64,000 nt of DNA from Amphiscolops sp. MND2022 (taxonomy: Eukaryota), in contig OZ076409.1 in NCBI GenBank assembly GCA_964187785.1, positions 49,292,001 through 49,356,000 of the forward strand, read 5' to 3'. The first letter of the stretch is position 1. Each line of letters begins with the position of its first letter. Below the pieces are notes generated by a model that was not told the origin of the DNA, ran no database searches, and worked only from the letters and a program-made list of their open reading frames with translations. Below are positions 36,201 to 49,416 of this stretch, one piece after another. Both the position numbers and the translations under genes were made by a program.

Positions 36201-39200
36201 CTGTAATGTACAAAGGTGTCGCGTTTAATTTCGTCATTTTTGCTGCGGCAATACTCAAGATAGAGCTGGTCACGTTTAATAATAAGTCTTTTGCACTTAT
36301 TATCTAACCAGGGTTTAGTATTGATCACTATTGTTTTTTCAGGTGCGACTTTGTCAGCAGCCGTAATGACAATTTGTATCAATTTATTGAAACCATCTTC
36401 AAGATTGACCAATTCCCAATTGGTTTGACAACAAAGGTAATTTAGCAGGGAAAAGTATTCGCGTTGTTGGCATTCAATGTTCTTGTAATTTCTATACGAA
36501 CACGTGTTTTTGGAAGCAATAAAACAGTCTCAAATCTGGTCCAAACAAAAAAGTGATCAGTTATAGTCGAATGATATACTTTTCTCGTTGACATTGGTAA
36601 ATTACTGTAAATATGATCTATGCAAGACTTGGAATCTCTTTGCTGTCTTGTGATATCAAGAGGACTGCATAATTTCAGAGTATGACTCGACATGATATCC
36701 AACAATTCGATGGAGTATTTCGTTTGTTTCAGAAGATGTATGTTAAAATCGCCCATGATTATTATATTCCTGCCATTTTCGCACACTCTTAGGCACTCTT
36801 CGGCCAACAATTCTAGATACTTAGGTTCTTTGATTTTCAAATGACATCTGTATGTTACGCCAACAAATAGTTTATTAGGAGATAAAATTTCAACAAGAAG
36901 CCATTCACGAACTGTGTCATTCAGTGCAACACGATAGCTGATGTTTTTGTCTAACCATAAAGCTACACCGCCTCTTTCGCCGAAAGAGCAATTACAATCT
37001 ATCAATTCATGATAACCTTTGAGATCAAATTTCTTCAGATCACTGCTATCATTGAGCCATGTTTCAGTTGCACCAATGATACTAGGTTTTATATTCTCAT
37101 TCGCCAAGAAGGCTTCGAGTTCAACGAAATGGCTGTTTAAGCATCTTACGTTAGCATTCAGGACGTTCACTTTCCAAAATTGGCTGCCCTCATTAAGAAA
37201 CTTAATGGTCTGATTCATTCGAGGGTAAGAGTTCGTTGTTATTCCGAAAACTACCAGTTGCAATCGGCGTTTCTTGGGGATTCAGATTGTTTTTATTCAC
37301 TGGTGATTTGCTGTAAAGATGGACCAATAAGCTATCTAGCTCATTATTGTCTTTACAAGCACGAATTTTTCGCATAAAGTTCTTCTCGAGACATTGGCGG
37401 GTCAATATTTTCCAGAGGTCTTTTTGGCATTCGTTGAACTCCTTTGAACAAAAGGGTTGGAGGAGGGTTTTGGATTTTGCGGTCGAAGGCCATGGAAGAC
37501 TTAGGCTTTGAACGTTTTTTGATCGCCTTGTCAGCCAGATCGTCGATTTGTTTCGTGCTTCTCGCTTCAATATGTTGTTTTTGCCCATTCCCGGCATCTA
37601 CCAGCACGTTCACTGCACAATTGTTGGTAACTGTCATGAGATTTTTTGAAACTGCATATTTCTGGAGGGCTCTATTGTGCGGAGGCAGTCTTTCGTTGAT
37701 GAAGACTGGTTTATATTGTTGGGATTGCGATAACGTTTCAATAACTTCTTGTTCAGCCACGATGTTAAAAATTATAAAATAGAAACAAGATTTCATTGTA
37801 AATTCAGTGTAACTTTAGTATTTCTGATTGCAGTTAATTATAAGTTGTTCTTGAGGTAAAATTTAGGTATTTGTAACCTATTGGCAATTTGATATGAGTT
37901 GTCGCTTTTTGAAATTGATATGAGTTGTCGCCTGATATGAGTTGTCGCTATGCCACTTCCACTAATCATCATACTAAATTAGTATTGAATCCTAGCAAAA
38001 AAGAATTAGCTGAAAACAATCTTACATTCAACATCTACATATATGGCAACATCTACATACATGGCAACATATATGGCTACATATATGGCATCTATACAAA
38101 ACAAAAATGGCAACATTTTCTCCAGAACGTGAGAAGTTCTTACCGTTGCGTCTTCTTAACATGGAAACCGATGTTGGAAATTGTAAATTTCAAATGTTGC
38201 AATAGTTTTTCGTGTTCTCAGATCATCACATTGTGAAGATTTAATAGAAGAGTACGAACAGGCAAAGGGTAAGGCTAACGATATCAAACGACAAGTTACC
38301 AAGAAGATCGCCGAGGTTCAACACAATTTGGACGAAATTACCAGATCTTACAACACGAGGTAGGAGGATTCATGTCTTTTGAACTGATCCGGAAAAGATC
38401 CGCTAATTTAAATGCTCGCCGCTTCAAGGAGATGTGAAAACTTGAAGTAAAAAAGTTACTGTTTTTTAGTCGGCGTCTTTTCCTTTAGGTAAAAAGCCCG
38501 ACTATTACAGTGACTAGTTTTTTTCGTCAGACAACAGAATGTATGCGTAGTGGATTTACGGAACTACTAAACTACTGGAACGGCAACCGGAAACGCATCT
38601 AAGTTAGTGCTAAGGGTCCCCCCTTTCATTTACTCCATTCTTAACGTAAGATACAAAACCGGACAAGTCGATAGGGTCCTTCTTCGATTTTTTTGGCACT
38701 CTTTTCTTTCGAATTTTTTGTCTCTAAAGAGTCCCTCTCAATTTTGTTGATATTCAAAGTTCCAAAAGCCCAAAAGGTCCCCTTTTTACAATTTTAAAAA
38801 GTTTGCGCTTTTTGAGTCTTAAATATAACGCCGATTTTAGACGTTCTCGTCTTGTTTTGATGAACGGACACTCATTTCACGGTTGTTTCACAAATGTTTA
38901 AAATAACTTGATTGAGGACATGTTGTCAGTTTAGCTTTTCAACGTGGACTGCAGCGGAATATCAATTAAAACCCGTTTCGAAATTCCCTTGTCTTCAATT
39001 TTTTCACGGCCCAGTCGAAACTGCCGGAATTTTTACATGCTGCATGGAAGCATGCAGTGAAACTTGAAAAAAAAACAGAAAATTCAGCATTTATGCATGG
39101 AAAAACCTCATCAAAGTTTCCTACACTTGGAAAAGTCTGACTGCAACTCACTGTCGAAGAAAAGTTCATGCAGCTTTCAAAACATTTGTGGTAAAGACTC

Positions 39201-42200
39201 TGCGATGAAAGGAGTTTCATAGAGAAATTACTTCCTGTATCTTTTTATTATAATTCTTTGGAAAAACTCCTAAAACAGTTGAAATTTTTATAGAGATCAA
39301 GCAAAAATGTGAATAAAAAATCTCAGTCTGAAACTCATCAAAAATACAATCTCATCACGAAAAGTTTATCTGAACAAAATTATTACAACAGGCATAATGG
39401 CACTGTTTCGTATAATCGAGTTTTTGACCAGCATGTCAGGGGGTTACAAGCTTCTTAACTCATGAAACTTTTAAGTTGATGATTTTTCGTTAAAATGAAA
39501 ATTTTTGAACTCGCGAAAAACAATTGGAATCTCGCCAATTATTCAAAAAACCTTTGTCAATCAAATTAACCTGATTTTTAGTTGGCGCCCTTTGTAGAAC
39601 GAGCAGACTATAGTAGAGACTCTTCTTTTTTTAAGACCAACGAACTGACAGATTTTATAATTTTATAAGGAGTTGTTTAATAACTCGTAAGTTCTACCAA
39701 TCGGTTCAAGGGGAACCCAGCGGTCGTGGGTTCGAGTCCCTGCTTCAGCCAGAAACTTTTTCGTGAATTTGCAAAACCGGACGAGACTAAAGACTAAACC
39801 CCCTTTTGATTTTTTTCGGCTTTGTGAGACTTTTTTTCGGAAACTTTTCAATGTCTCCAAAGGGTACCCCCTTCATTTTGTTTGATATTTTGCAACAAAA
39901 TAGACGATAAAAAATCGCGAAGGATTCCCCTTTTACATTTTTTGGCACTATGAGACTGTTCCAAATGATCATTTTTTGTCTTTTCGAAAAATTTTTAATG
40001 TCTCCAAAACTCAACTTTCTCGATATTTCGCAACAGATTGGATTTCCAAAAATCCCAAAGGCTCCTTCCTTTTACAATTTTCGGCATTGTGAAATTTTTC
40101 AAAATGATTATTTTCCATCTTAAACTTAGGTTTTCTCAGAACGCTATGTCCAAACTTCGTTTTTTTTAACGAACGGCGTTTTTCCACACAACTTTTTTCT
40201 TATTTGTTTTTATCGAAACTCCCTCTGTTTATTCTAGAAACGAAACGTTCTGCGAGACTCTTTAGAGACCTTCATCACAAAATTTTCCAAGAAAAATCGA
40301 AACTTTTTGTTCCTAAATTTTTAGTTTTTTTGAGGTTTTGCAGTTTCCAGTTGGGGAAAAAGTTGTTTCCGAGTTCCGAATGTTATGCGTATCCCATGAG
40401 GTATTTTTGGCACTGGAAAATTGATGAAATCGAAACAAAAGTGTCCTGTCCTTTCGCATATGTAAAAGACTTTACTTTTCGAAACTTGAGCGGAGCGCCG
40501 ACTTGATTTCCGGCTTGTTTATTCCGCTCTTGAAGTAGTCTCAAAGAAACATTCCCAATAATATGTTATGAAACGAGTTCTTGTTGTTCTTTGTTGTTGA
40601 AGAATAACTTGAAACTTCAATTTTTGAGTTTTTTTTCGCAAAAAAATGGCACATGCAAAATATCACTTGGTCTTTTCTCAGCATTTTTAGTCAGCGCTTT
40701 TTGAAGAAAACCGACAATAGGAGGGGCTTTCTTTAGACCGGCGAACTGACAGATTTCTGTCAGCAAAGCTGTAATTGTGAGCAACTAATTAGCTGTAACT
40801 TAGTAACACCTGACTGCCACTTGGCCTAGAGGTTAACGACGCGGGTATTTCTTGAGGTCTGTGAAGCAGGAGTACGTGGGTTCATGTCTCGCACTAAACC
40901 GAATTTTCGCGTTTTGCCAGCATAGATGGCTACTTTAATTTTTTTTGGCACTATGCGACTTACCGAGTTAATTTTTTGATCCTGTGGAACTGATGTGTTT
41001 TCATTACGATTGTGGAAAAGACCTACTTTTCTTCAATGGCTAAACACTTATTTGTCATAACTGATTCCGCAAAGAAAAAACGTAGTTTTGCCAACTCGAA
41101 AAAGAATTTATTTTCCAAAATTGGGATTTTTGATGCTTCGGATTGAGGAAAAGCTGTTTCCGAGTCTTATGTGTATCCCCATGGGTATTTTTTGGCACTG
41201 TAAATTTAATAAAATTTCCAGAATGTTGTTCCTTTGCATATTTAAAAAAGATGGGTTTTTGATTTGAACCTTCAGCCTGGCGTCGACTTGGCCTTTCCCG
41301 ACTTTCCCCTAACTGGCTTCCGTAAAAAACACAGTAAAAGTGTACATGTCAAGTAATAGGTGTGCGCATACAAAATTTTAATTCTTACCCGCAAAGACTA
41401 GTAAATATTGGCGGGACGTTTGTCCTTAACTTCCGTGATGCTGCACGGCAAGAATGCTAAGTTGTGAAGAAATCTCAATTAAAACCTGAAGTACTACAAT
41501 AACATCAAGGAAAATCCAGCCGAATTGATTTCTATTAAACCCTTGAAATCATACTTCAAATCATGCATGCTTGGCAGCCTATAAAACATGTTAAAGTTTC
41601 AAGCAGTTTCCACTAGGGGGTCCCTTAGGCACCTATTTACAAACTGCACTTGACCACGGACTTGTATGTACTAAGAGCGGTTTCTAATGGAGAATTACAT
41701 TGAAGCGAATGAAAATAAATAATATTTCACGATCTAAATGTGGCTTCTATTTCGGACTTGACGTGCTGTAAAAAGATGGCCTCTGTGAATGTAACTGTGA
41801 AAAAAACCTATCCAAAACATGATGTAGTTTTTTTCGTCGGCTTTCTTCAACATTTTCTTCTTCCACGGATCAATTTAGGGGAAATCATTTAATTGTGTCA
41901 ACTGTTGAATTATATCCAGTTTTTTCAGTGAGAATAAAATTCGGCAAACATTCGAACAGCTGGAGGATGAATTGCGACAGAGGAAGTGTGACCTCATGGG
42001 TCAACTCAGGAGTGCCAAGGCCAAACAAAGTCTCCCTCTGCAAAACGACAAAAAAGCATTAGGTAATGATATCACATGATGCGCACTTTTCATAAGAGTA
42101 CATTTTCTGAACAATGTTTTTGGATTGTTTCGGTCCAAAGAGAAATGCTGCCTACTTGAAACGACGAATTTATCAAGTTTTCTAGGGATACCCTACTTAA

Positions 42201-42795
42201 CTTGGAAATTAATGTTATGTTCATAATTTGACACAATATTTGAAAAGCCTGCATAACAGCAATGCTCAGATTTCTTTAGTGCCCTAAATGCACGAGCGCT
42301 GTCCCTGACATTTCAACTAGAACAGCAAAAAAATCACTTCGAAATGAAAGGATTAATGAAAAAAGAGACAAAATATCTTCAACGATTTTTGAGTTTTTGA
42401 CCCCTTTGTCATATAACATCGAATTTTCTATGATTAATTTCATTTATCTAGTGGCCGTGAGATCCAATATAATATGTAATTATACTTTCCCAGAAAAGGA
42501 GTTGGGCGTGGTAGTGCGTAAGTTTGAGAACAACTGCAATGCAAGTGTGAGTGCCCTGAGAAGTGGCCTGGGTAGTGGGGGTTCCAAAAACGTGGACAAC
42601 AGCAAGTTCGCCCACCTTTGTGCCTGCAACTACAAGTCTAAGGAGTGTCTCCAACAGTTTGAGAACCTAGCTGAGCAAAGCGATCAGGTGAACCAGCCAA
42701 ACCTTGTGAAATTCAAACACGAGGAGGCCCTAGATCAGATGAAGAGTAGCATCCAGGGCTTTGGAGAGATTGAAGTGCATCCCAAACAGGAATAA
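30280..42795 (+). CDS. Host gene: B-box-like zinc finger + coiled coil (TRIM-like). Exons about 30280-30354?, 30803-30972, 38222-38359, 41929-42062, 42494-42795
   Basis: CDVCGKKFKELNYCVHCAISVCLGC-R-SSHCEDL..., coiled coil IRQTFEQLEDELRQRK, C-terminal IQGFGEI. Exons 2-5 join in phase at GT-AG sites; AATAAA near 42854. The exon 1 junction is uncertain. Confidence 0.75.
32597..35511 (-). pseudogene. LINE ORF2 (AP endonuclease + reverse transcriptase) with several stops and frameshifts
   Basis: Collinear ORF fragments 34690-35511, 34091-34660, 33836-34087, 33575-33790, 33023-33385 and 32597-33019. Confidence 0.92.
34275..37775. repeat. Tandem duplication of ~1.75 kb of the LINE 5' region (34275-36024 / 36027-37775)
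   Basis: Identical 273-aa APE ORFs at offset 1752; few substitutions. Confidence 0.95.
38032..38095. repeat. Degenerate 12-18-bp minisatellite (ACATATATGGC)
   Basis: ATCTACATATATGGCAAC variants in tandem. Confidence 0.7.
38462..41303 (+). mobile_element. Three family A DINE-like copies (38462-38857, 39575-40520, 40684-41303)
   Basis: Each begins TTTTTAGT(C/T)(G/A)GCG and ends with CG(C/T)CGA plus a hairpin; the first two end in CTTGTTT. Confidence 0.65.
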
Positions 42796-43328
42796 ATGTG
42801 AAAATTGCAAAGCATTCTGTTTTTATTGAAACAATCAATTCCTTTATCTAACTAATAAAAAGTATTAGACTTTGATTTTTCTGTGCTGATTTCAGAAGAA
42901 AACTAAACATGAAGAAATGATTATCGATTTCCATTTTCGAGATAATTACGACGCAAACTCAAGTCTATGCTTACCATTTTCTAAAAGTTTACAAAGTATG
43001 TCGACAAAAACACTTGCTAAAGAGGCTCTTCGAAATAAGTTGCTGAAAGTAAAACACAAATGAAACACTTTTTTTGAGAGACCATGATTGGAAATTCCGT
43101 CGTGACAGGTAGTTAAATATAAACTTTCTTTCCAAATTGCATTTTGAGCTCTTCGAGACAAATGAATCTTTTTGCCCACTTATTTCCGCCGTTATCATTG
43201 GCAGGCCAAATAAACTGAAATGAGACAACCACGCGCCATTTGCTCAGTCCTAAAGGTTCCAGACAGAGAGTCAAGGTTCGATTCTCACCAAAGGCTCGTT
43301 TTAAAAACATTCTATTCGCAACTATATC

Positions 43329-43539
43329 TGTTATACGGTTCATCCGTCAATCAAAAGAACATGACCTTTACCGAATTTCGGTTGCAGACACACCAGTCTA
43401 CTGTTTACAAACATTAGATGTAAAACTGTTACATCCATTTATGTTGATATGATACTGTTGTATAGTTTATACTTTGCTACTGAAGAGATACTATTTTAGA
43501 AAACTCTATTCTTATCTAGACCTAGTTAGAAATACAACA
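43329..43539 (+). repeat. 5' LTR (211 bp)
   Basis: TGTTATAC...TACAACA. Confidence 0.95.
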
Positions 43540-46500
43540 TGGCGCAGTAAGCAAGATTTTTAAAACAAACCGAAAATTTTAACCAGAACTATGGCAGAAA
43601 AAACATTGTACCAAACCTAGAAGCAAAGGCATCAGACGGAAACCCAATATTTATCCCGAGACAATGGTTGGAGAGATTTAGACAGTTTACCAAACGAGAA
43701 CACAAAATTGACATTACACCATTAGTAAAAGGGGAACATATCACAGAACCCGGATGGACCACCGAAAAAGAAGCACAAATCCAAGAAGACTTTATCTGGG
43801 GAGTGGGACCGGAAGCTTTGTACCAGATAACCCGGGCCGAGTACAAAACGGAACCGGACAGTATAAAAATCAAAGACCTAATCCGGTTATATACCGAACA
43901 CTACCTCCCAAAACGAAACACATATCATAATAGAGGAGACTTCTTTTGGGCGAAACAATCGGAGAATGAAACACCTGAAGAGTTCTGGAGACGACTGATC
44001 GAAATAGAAAAAGAATGCAATTTCGGAACCATCTCAGCCGAAGAACTATTAATATCCAAATACATGACAGCGATTACAGACAAGAAGTTACGGGACAAGC
44101 TAATGAAAGAAAAGACCCTAGAGATGAAGAAAACAATCAAAATGATTAAACAAAACACATACGAAAAGAAAAACAAGAAAAATACAATACCCGAAGCATT
44201 AATCACAACAAAATAAAAGCAGATAATCAAAGAAGAACCAATACAGAGAATGGAGAAATTCGGAACCAAATCGAAAACGAGAACAAGGGGAACCCGAACA
44301 TGCAGATTTTGCAACGCACCAAACTGGAACCCAACACACAAGTGCCCAGCATTAGAATCAAAATGTAACAACTGCGGAAAGAAAGGACACTACGCACGGG
44401 CATGCAAACAAAGAACAAAGAACAACTGAACACTGAGAAAACTTACCGAAGAAGAAGAAACTGAACCGAACGAATCGATGAGTGAATCCGATGAAAGCAT
44501 ATATCACATAGAAGAAATAAAGAACATCGTAGAACAACAGAAACATTACACGGCAAAAATAAAGATAAACGGAACACCAAAAGAATTTATCATTGATACC
44601 CGATCACCGGTGACCATAATGCCATTAGACGAACAAATCATGAAGAAGACCGAAATACAGAAAATAACAAACCGATACCAAGATGTAAACAAGAACGAAG
44701 TAAAATTCCAGGGGAAAATACCGGTAAACATAGAATACGAAAATAACAATAAAAAATGGAAATACTAATTACAGAAAGAGCGGACATAACACCCTTACTG
44801 GGGATGGACTGGATGAAAAAATTCAAGCTGACAGTCCGTAAAATACAATTGGCCGAAACCGGCCAATCAGAAAAGGAGAGAATAATTAACAAGTTCCCGG
44901 ACCTATTTGAAAACAACCGGACAATAAAAGATACCGAAATAAACGTACAACTGAAGCCCGGACACCACCCGGTGAAACAAAAAGCAAAACCGATCCCACT
45001 ACACCTGCAAGAAGATGTAGGGCGGGAATTAGAAAAATTAATAAAAGCCCGACATTTAGACAAAGTAAATAATGTGGATGGAGACTGCTTCGTATCACCG
45101 GTAGTAATAACGGTAAAGAAGGACAAATCGGTGAAAATAGCATTGGACTCCCGAAAATTAAACGATAGCTGCAATAAACGGAGACCACATATGCCGAATA
45201 TGGAGGAATTGCTAAACCAAATATCGGTGGAAATTACACGAGACCGAACACTATAATTATTCATTTCAAAGATTAACTTAGATTGCGCATACAGACAAAT
45301 GAAATTATCCGAAGAGACAAGCTGACAATGCGTAATCGCAATCACCGGAGCGAAATTCAGCGGATACTACAGATTTAAAAAAGGGTTTTACGGACTCGAC
45401 GATATTCCCACAATTTTCCAGGAGAAAATAGACCGAACACTGGAATATAGCACACCGGCATGGTTAGATGACAATATAGTAGTAACACGCGGAAGTAGAC
45501 AAGAACACGAGAAAAAACTATTTGATGTTTTGTCTAAACTCGAAAAAGCCGGGTACCGGGCGAGCAAAAGGAAATCGGAAATTTTCCTAAAACAGACAAA
45601 ATGGTTGGGACACGAAATTGACGAATCCGGGATAAAGCCGAATGAGGAGAAGGTTGAAGCGATACAAAAATTGAAATCACCGAACAATACAAAAGAATTG
45701 AAATCTTTCCTCGGCGCAATACAATATTTAGCAAAACTCCTACCGAAACTATCGGAAAAGACAGTTAGATTGAGAAAATTACTGAAGAAGAATGAACCAT
45801 GGATATAATTTCAAACAAATAAAACAAATGCTGACCAAAAAACCATGCTTAGCACATTTTGCAAAAGATAAAGATAACATGGTAACGACAGACGCGAGCA
45901 AAACCGGTCTCGGCATTACGCTTTGGCAAAAACAAGACGACGGGGAATTGAAACCAATCGCATTCGATAGTAGATATTTAAACGACACCGAAAAGAACTA
46001 CTCAATCGGCGAATTCGAATTAATAGCAGTAGTTTGGGGATTGGAAAAATTCCGTTTCTATCTGTACGGAAAAAAGGTACACCTATACACGGATCATCAA
46101 GCATTAGAACTTCTAATAAAAAGGAACCGAAGCAACCATCAATACGCACAAGATCAATCAAAGCGCAAGATTAACTAGATGGTTAGATCGGCTGGCACAT
46201 TTTGATATCGCAGTTCAACATATTGCCGGCAGCAATTTGAAATTCACCGACTATCTCAGCAGAAATCCGGTAGGGGGAGCACCGACAGAAGACAAATACG
46301 ACGAAGAATATGTCATTAACATATTAACCGAGCACGCGGAATTGAACGCAAAATATGGTTCGCTAATCGACAGCCAATCAGATTACAGCAAACAAGATAC
46401 CGAGACAAAACGGAATACATCCGAGAGCGAAAATGAGAAAAAGAACGACCAATCACACGCAAACAGAATATTCCAGAACAAAGGCCACGTGAACAAAATT

Positions 46501-48940
46501 AACGAAAGTGAGAATACCACATCCGGGCAGTCCAAAATTAGCACCGAAAATACAAGTTCAAATTTAAAAGAAGAAGACATTGAGAAAATGAAGCGAGAAA
46601 ACTTATACCACTGGGGAGCAACCCGAGAAATCATGGAGATAATAAGAAGAAGAAACAAAAGCCCCGAAACACGGAGACTAGTAGAAAGGAGAGAAGCGCT
46701 AGCGAGGCCCGGAACAATGAGAAGACGGTACGATCCGCAATCACAGAGAATGATATTTACACCATCAAGACCAAACAAAAGAAGCCGGGAAGAGGTTGCG
46801 GAGATAGATGCGGAGCTTACACAAAGAGCCAACCTAATAGGCGGTGGATACCGGCCAATCCAAGAAGAAGAAGAAGACGAGCCGGAAGCACCCGAGCCGG
46901 AAGAGAGGGAACTGCAAATTGAACAAAATACGGTGGACACCGAAGGAGATAGCGTGATAATGCGGGGGGGGGGGGCAACCTGCCGATCGTTGACCTTAGC
47001 AAATACCACACAGAAGGCAAGGAAGCCCACTACATTCAAATAAACCACATAGTGGGCCCGCTCACCGAGAATAAAAAGATGACAGAAGAAAACATCAAGA
47101 AAGCAGAGTTTATTTTCATGCTCGACCTCAAAACACTCATATCCAAAACGGCGATTGATCCGGAAATGACACGGGTCCGGACCAGCATGAGAAGAGAGGA
47201 AAGAGACTCTGCGCCCGAAGGATATAGAGCGGTATTCGACAAGCTTTCGGTCCGATGGGGTTTAGTCTTCGTCGACGACCAAATCGCCGTTCCCATCGAC
47301 TTGAGAAGACGACCATTTGAATTTCTGCACTTCGGTCACTCCGGAATAACAAAAATGCTGTCAGACGCGAAGATATTCTGGTGGCCGGAAATGCGGAAAG
47401 ATATCGAGCAAAGAGTAAAAGATTGTGCAGCCTGCTTAGCTACAGGTAAGAATCTTAAATACCAAATTCCAAAAAACAAGTACGGGAAACTAGAAAAATT
47501 GTCCGAACCGGGACAAGAAATACAAATTGATTTTACCGGAAACTACATAATAAAAACTTAAACGGCGAACCCCAAATACTAATTGCAATAGACCGGTTCA
47601 GTAAATGGCCGACGGCGAAAATTTGTAAAACATCGGAAACAAAAGAAGTCACAAGTTTTCTATCAAATCAGTTTATTTATATGGTATTCCAGAAAAAAAT
47701 TAAATCTGATAAAGGGGGGGGGGCTTGTTCATTTCAACCGAATATAAAGAATTTTGTAAAGTCCGAAACATAGAAATACAGTACTGCCCTCCGCGAATGC
47801 ATACCGGTAACGGAACAGTAGAAAGAGCAAAACAAACAATGAAAAATCTAGTGTTAGCCAATATGGAAGACGGAAACAATTTAACCGAAAGTGTGAATAG
47901 AGCATTAAAAGTGATGCGGTTCAGAATACACACCGGACTAAAGAAAACATTTGAACTACATCATGGTCGAAAGCCGAGAACGGAACTAACGAATATAATA
48001 AAAGACGGAAAATCATTCTTATCCAATTGGTCAGAACTGTCCGTTTCAGCACCAAATCGGCCAAAAATACCAATATATGTCGGTAGAGACGCAGACGGGG
48101 AAATCACCAACCACATGGTGATGGCCCGGACGAAGACCGAAGAACGGCAACTGGCTTCGGAGTCAAAATCACCGAAGAAAAGGAACTCGGTTAGATATCC
48201 TTTTAAATTTCTAGAAAAAAGACATAACCGAGAATCCTTAGAAATTAGATTCCAGTCAAAAATACAAACCGCAGTAAGCGGAACCGAGAACACCGTAAAA
48301 AGTGACACGGAAATAATGATACATCGAAAATTTATTTCGGATCCATTATTTCAGAGCGAGAAAGGACACCGAAGAGAATCGGCACCGGCAGTTTCAGTCG
48401 AGATAACGCCCAAGAACTGACATTGCCTGCGCGGACTTGACGGCAAATACGGGAAATGGGATGAAATCCTCAGAGACATCCTAAACGGGAAGCCGAGAAT
48501 AGTGCAAAATAAAAAACACACCGAAACAGAGACGGAAGACGAAGACGAAGATGATGAAGAAATACCAGAAGAAGCCGGAAAGACGTATGACACATCGGAG
48601 AAAGATGGACGGTATGCTCCGATACAAACAGACCCCGAAAATGGTGTCATACAAATACACACCGATGGAGAAATGCATCAGGGTGAGGATTTTGAAAATA
48701 AAATAGACGGTCAAACCGAAACACTAATAAACCGAATAGATACGGTAGTATACCTTATAAAGGAAATTTCTGGGTATGAAAAAGTTGTTTATTTTACAGG
48801 CCAAAACTGAAGCCGAACAAATGGCACACCCAAGCCAATGCCGGTAACAGCACACAAGCCGCAAGACTTCTTGCCGGAGAACATGACGCTACCCGACACA
48901 TCATCAAGCCCCTGAAGAACCCCGGAGAGAGAAGGGGTAA

Positions 48941-49106
48941 TGTTATACGGTTCATCCGTCAATCAAAAGAACATGACCTTTACCGAATTTCGGTTGCAGA
49001 CACACCAGTCTACTGTTTACAAACATTAGATGTAAAACTGTTACATCCATTTATCTTGATATGATACTGTTGTATATCTTATCTAGACCTAGTTAGAAAT
49101 ACAACA
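48941..49106 (+). repeat. 3' LTR (166 bp, 45 bp shorter than the 5' LTR)
   Basis: Same sequence as the 5' LTR except for an internal deletion and one substitution seen. Confidence 0.95.
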
Positions 49107-49416
49107 ATATCAACAGTTATATCTGACAAAACGCAAGGACTGGAATAAAAACGTATATAATGAATTTCTTGATAAGATCTTGGAAAAATTTACTTCTTTC
49201 AAAAAATCTTGAAATTCTTGACAAGAATCTTGCCAAGATTTCAGAACACGAGGAGTCCTGCAACTCTAGAAATCCGGGTTGAAAACCGGGTGAAAATTGC
49301 ACTTAGCAAGTCAGTGATAATTTATATGATAATAAATTTTGATAATTATCCATCGTTTGATAATTTCATCAAACACCAACCAGGAGCATTCGTATGGAAC
49401 GAACTTTATTTATTAA

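Larger units (their letters stand above)
31705..37775 (-). mobile_element. CR1/L2-group LINE, 5'-truncated, degenerate, antisense in host intron
   Basis: ORF1 tail VFINERL; APE motifs NANVRCL, GATETWL, MGDFN, SCIDHI, TDH; RT motifs NYRPISLLP, FLDLRKAFD, PQGSVLGP, FADDT; (TTA)n-like tail near 31705-31742. Confidence 0.93.
31509..37954. mobile_element. TIR element with GCGACAACTCATATCA subterminal repeats and 8-bp TSD ACTTCCAC, hosting the LINE
   Basis: The repeat array at 31515-31625 is inverted at 37890-37950; ACTTCCAC occurs on both flanks. Confidence 0.8.
43329..49106 (+). mobile_element. Full-length degenerate Ty3/Gypsy (Mag-like) retrotransposon, TSD ATATC
   Basis: LTRs 43329-43539 and 48941-49106; PBS TGGCGCAG at 43540; PPT GGAGAGAGAAGGGG; gag with two zinc knuckles; PR, RT (WLDD), RNase H (TDAS) and integrase (HFGHSG, FWWPEM, CAAC), broken by stops and frameshifts. 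Confidence 0.96.

Noticed and set aside
43589..48714. Long minus-strand ORFs (e.g. 44638-45345, 46383-47048)
   Set aside because: Antisense shadows of the A-rich Gypsy gag-pol with no recognisable motifs.
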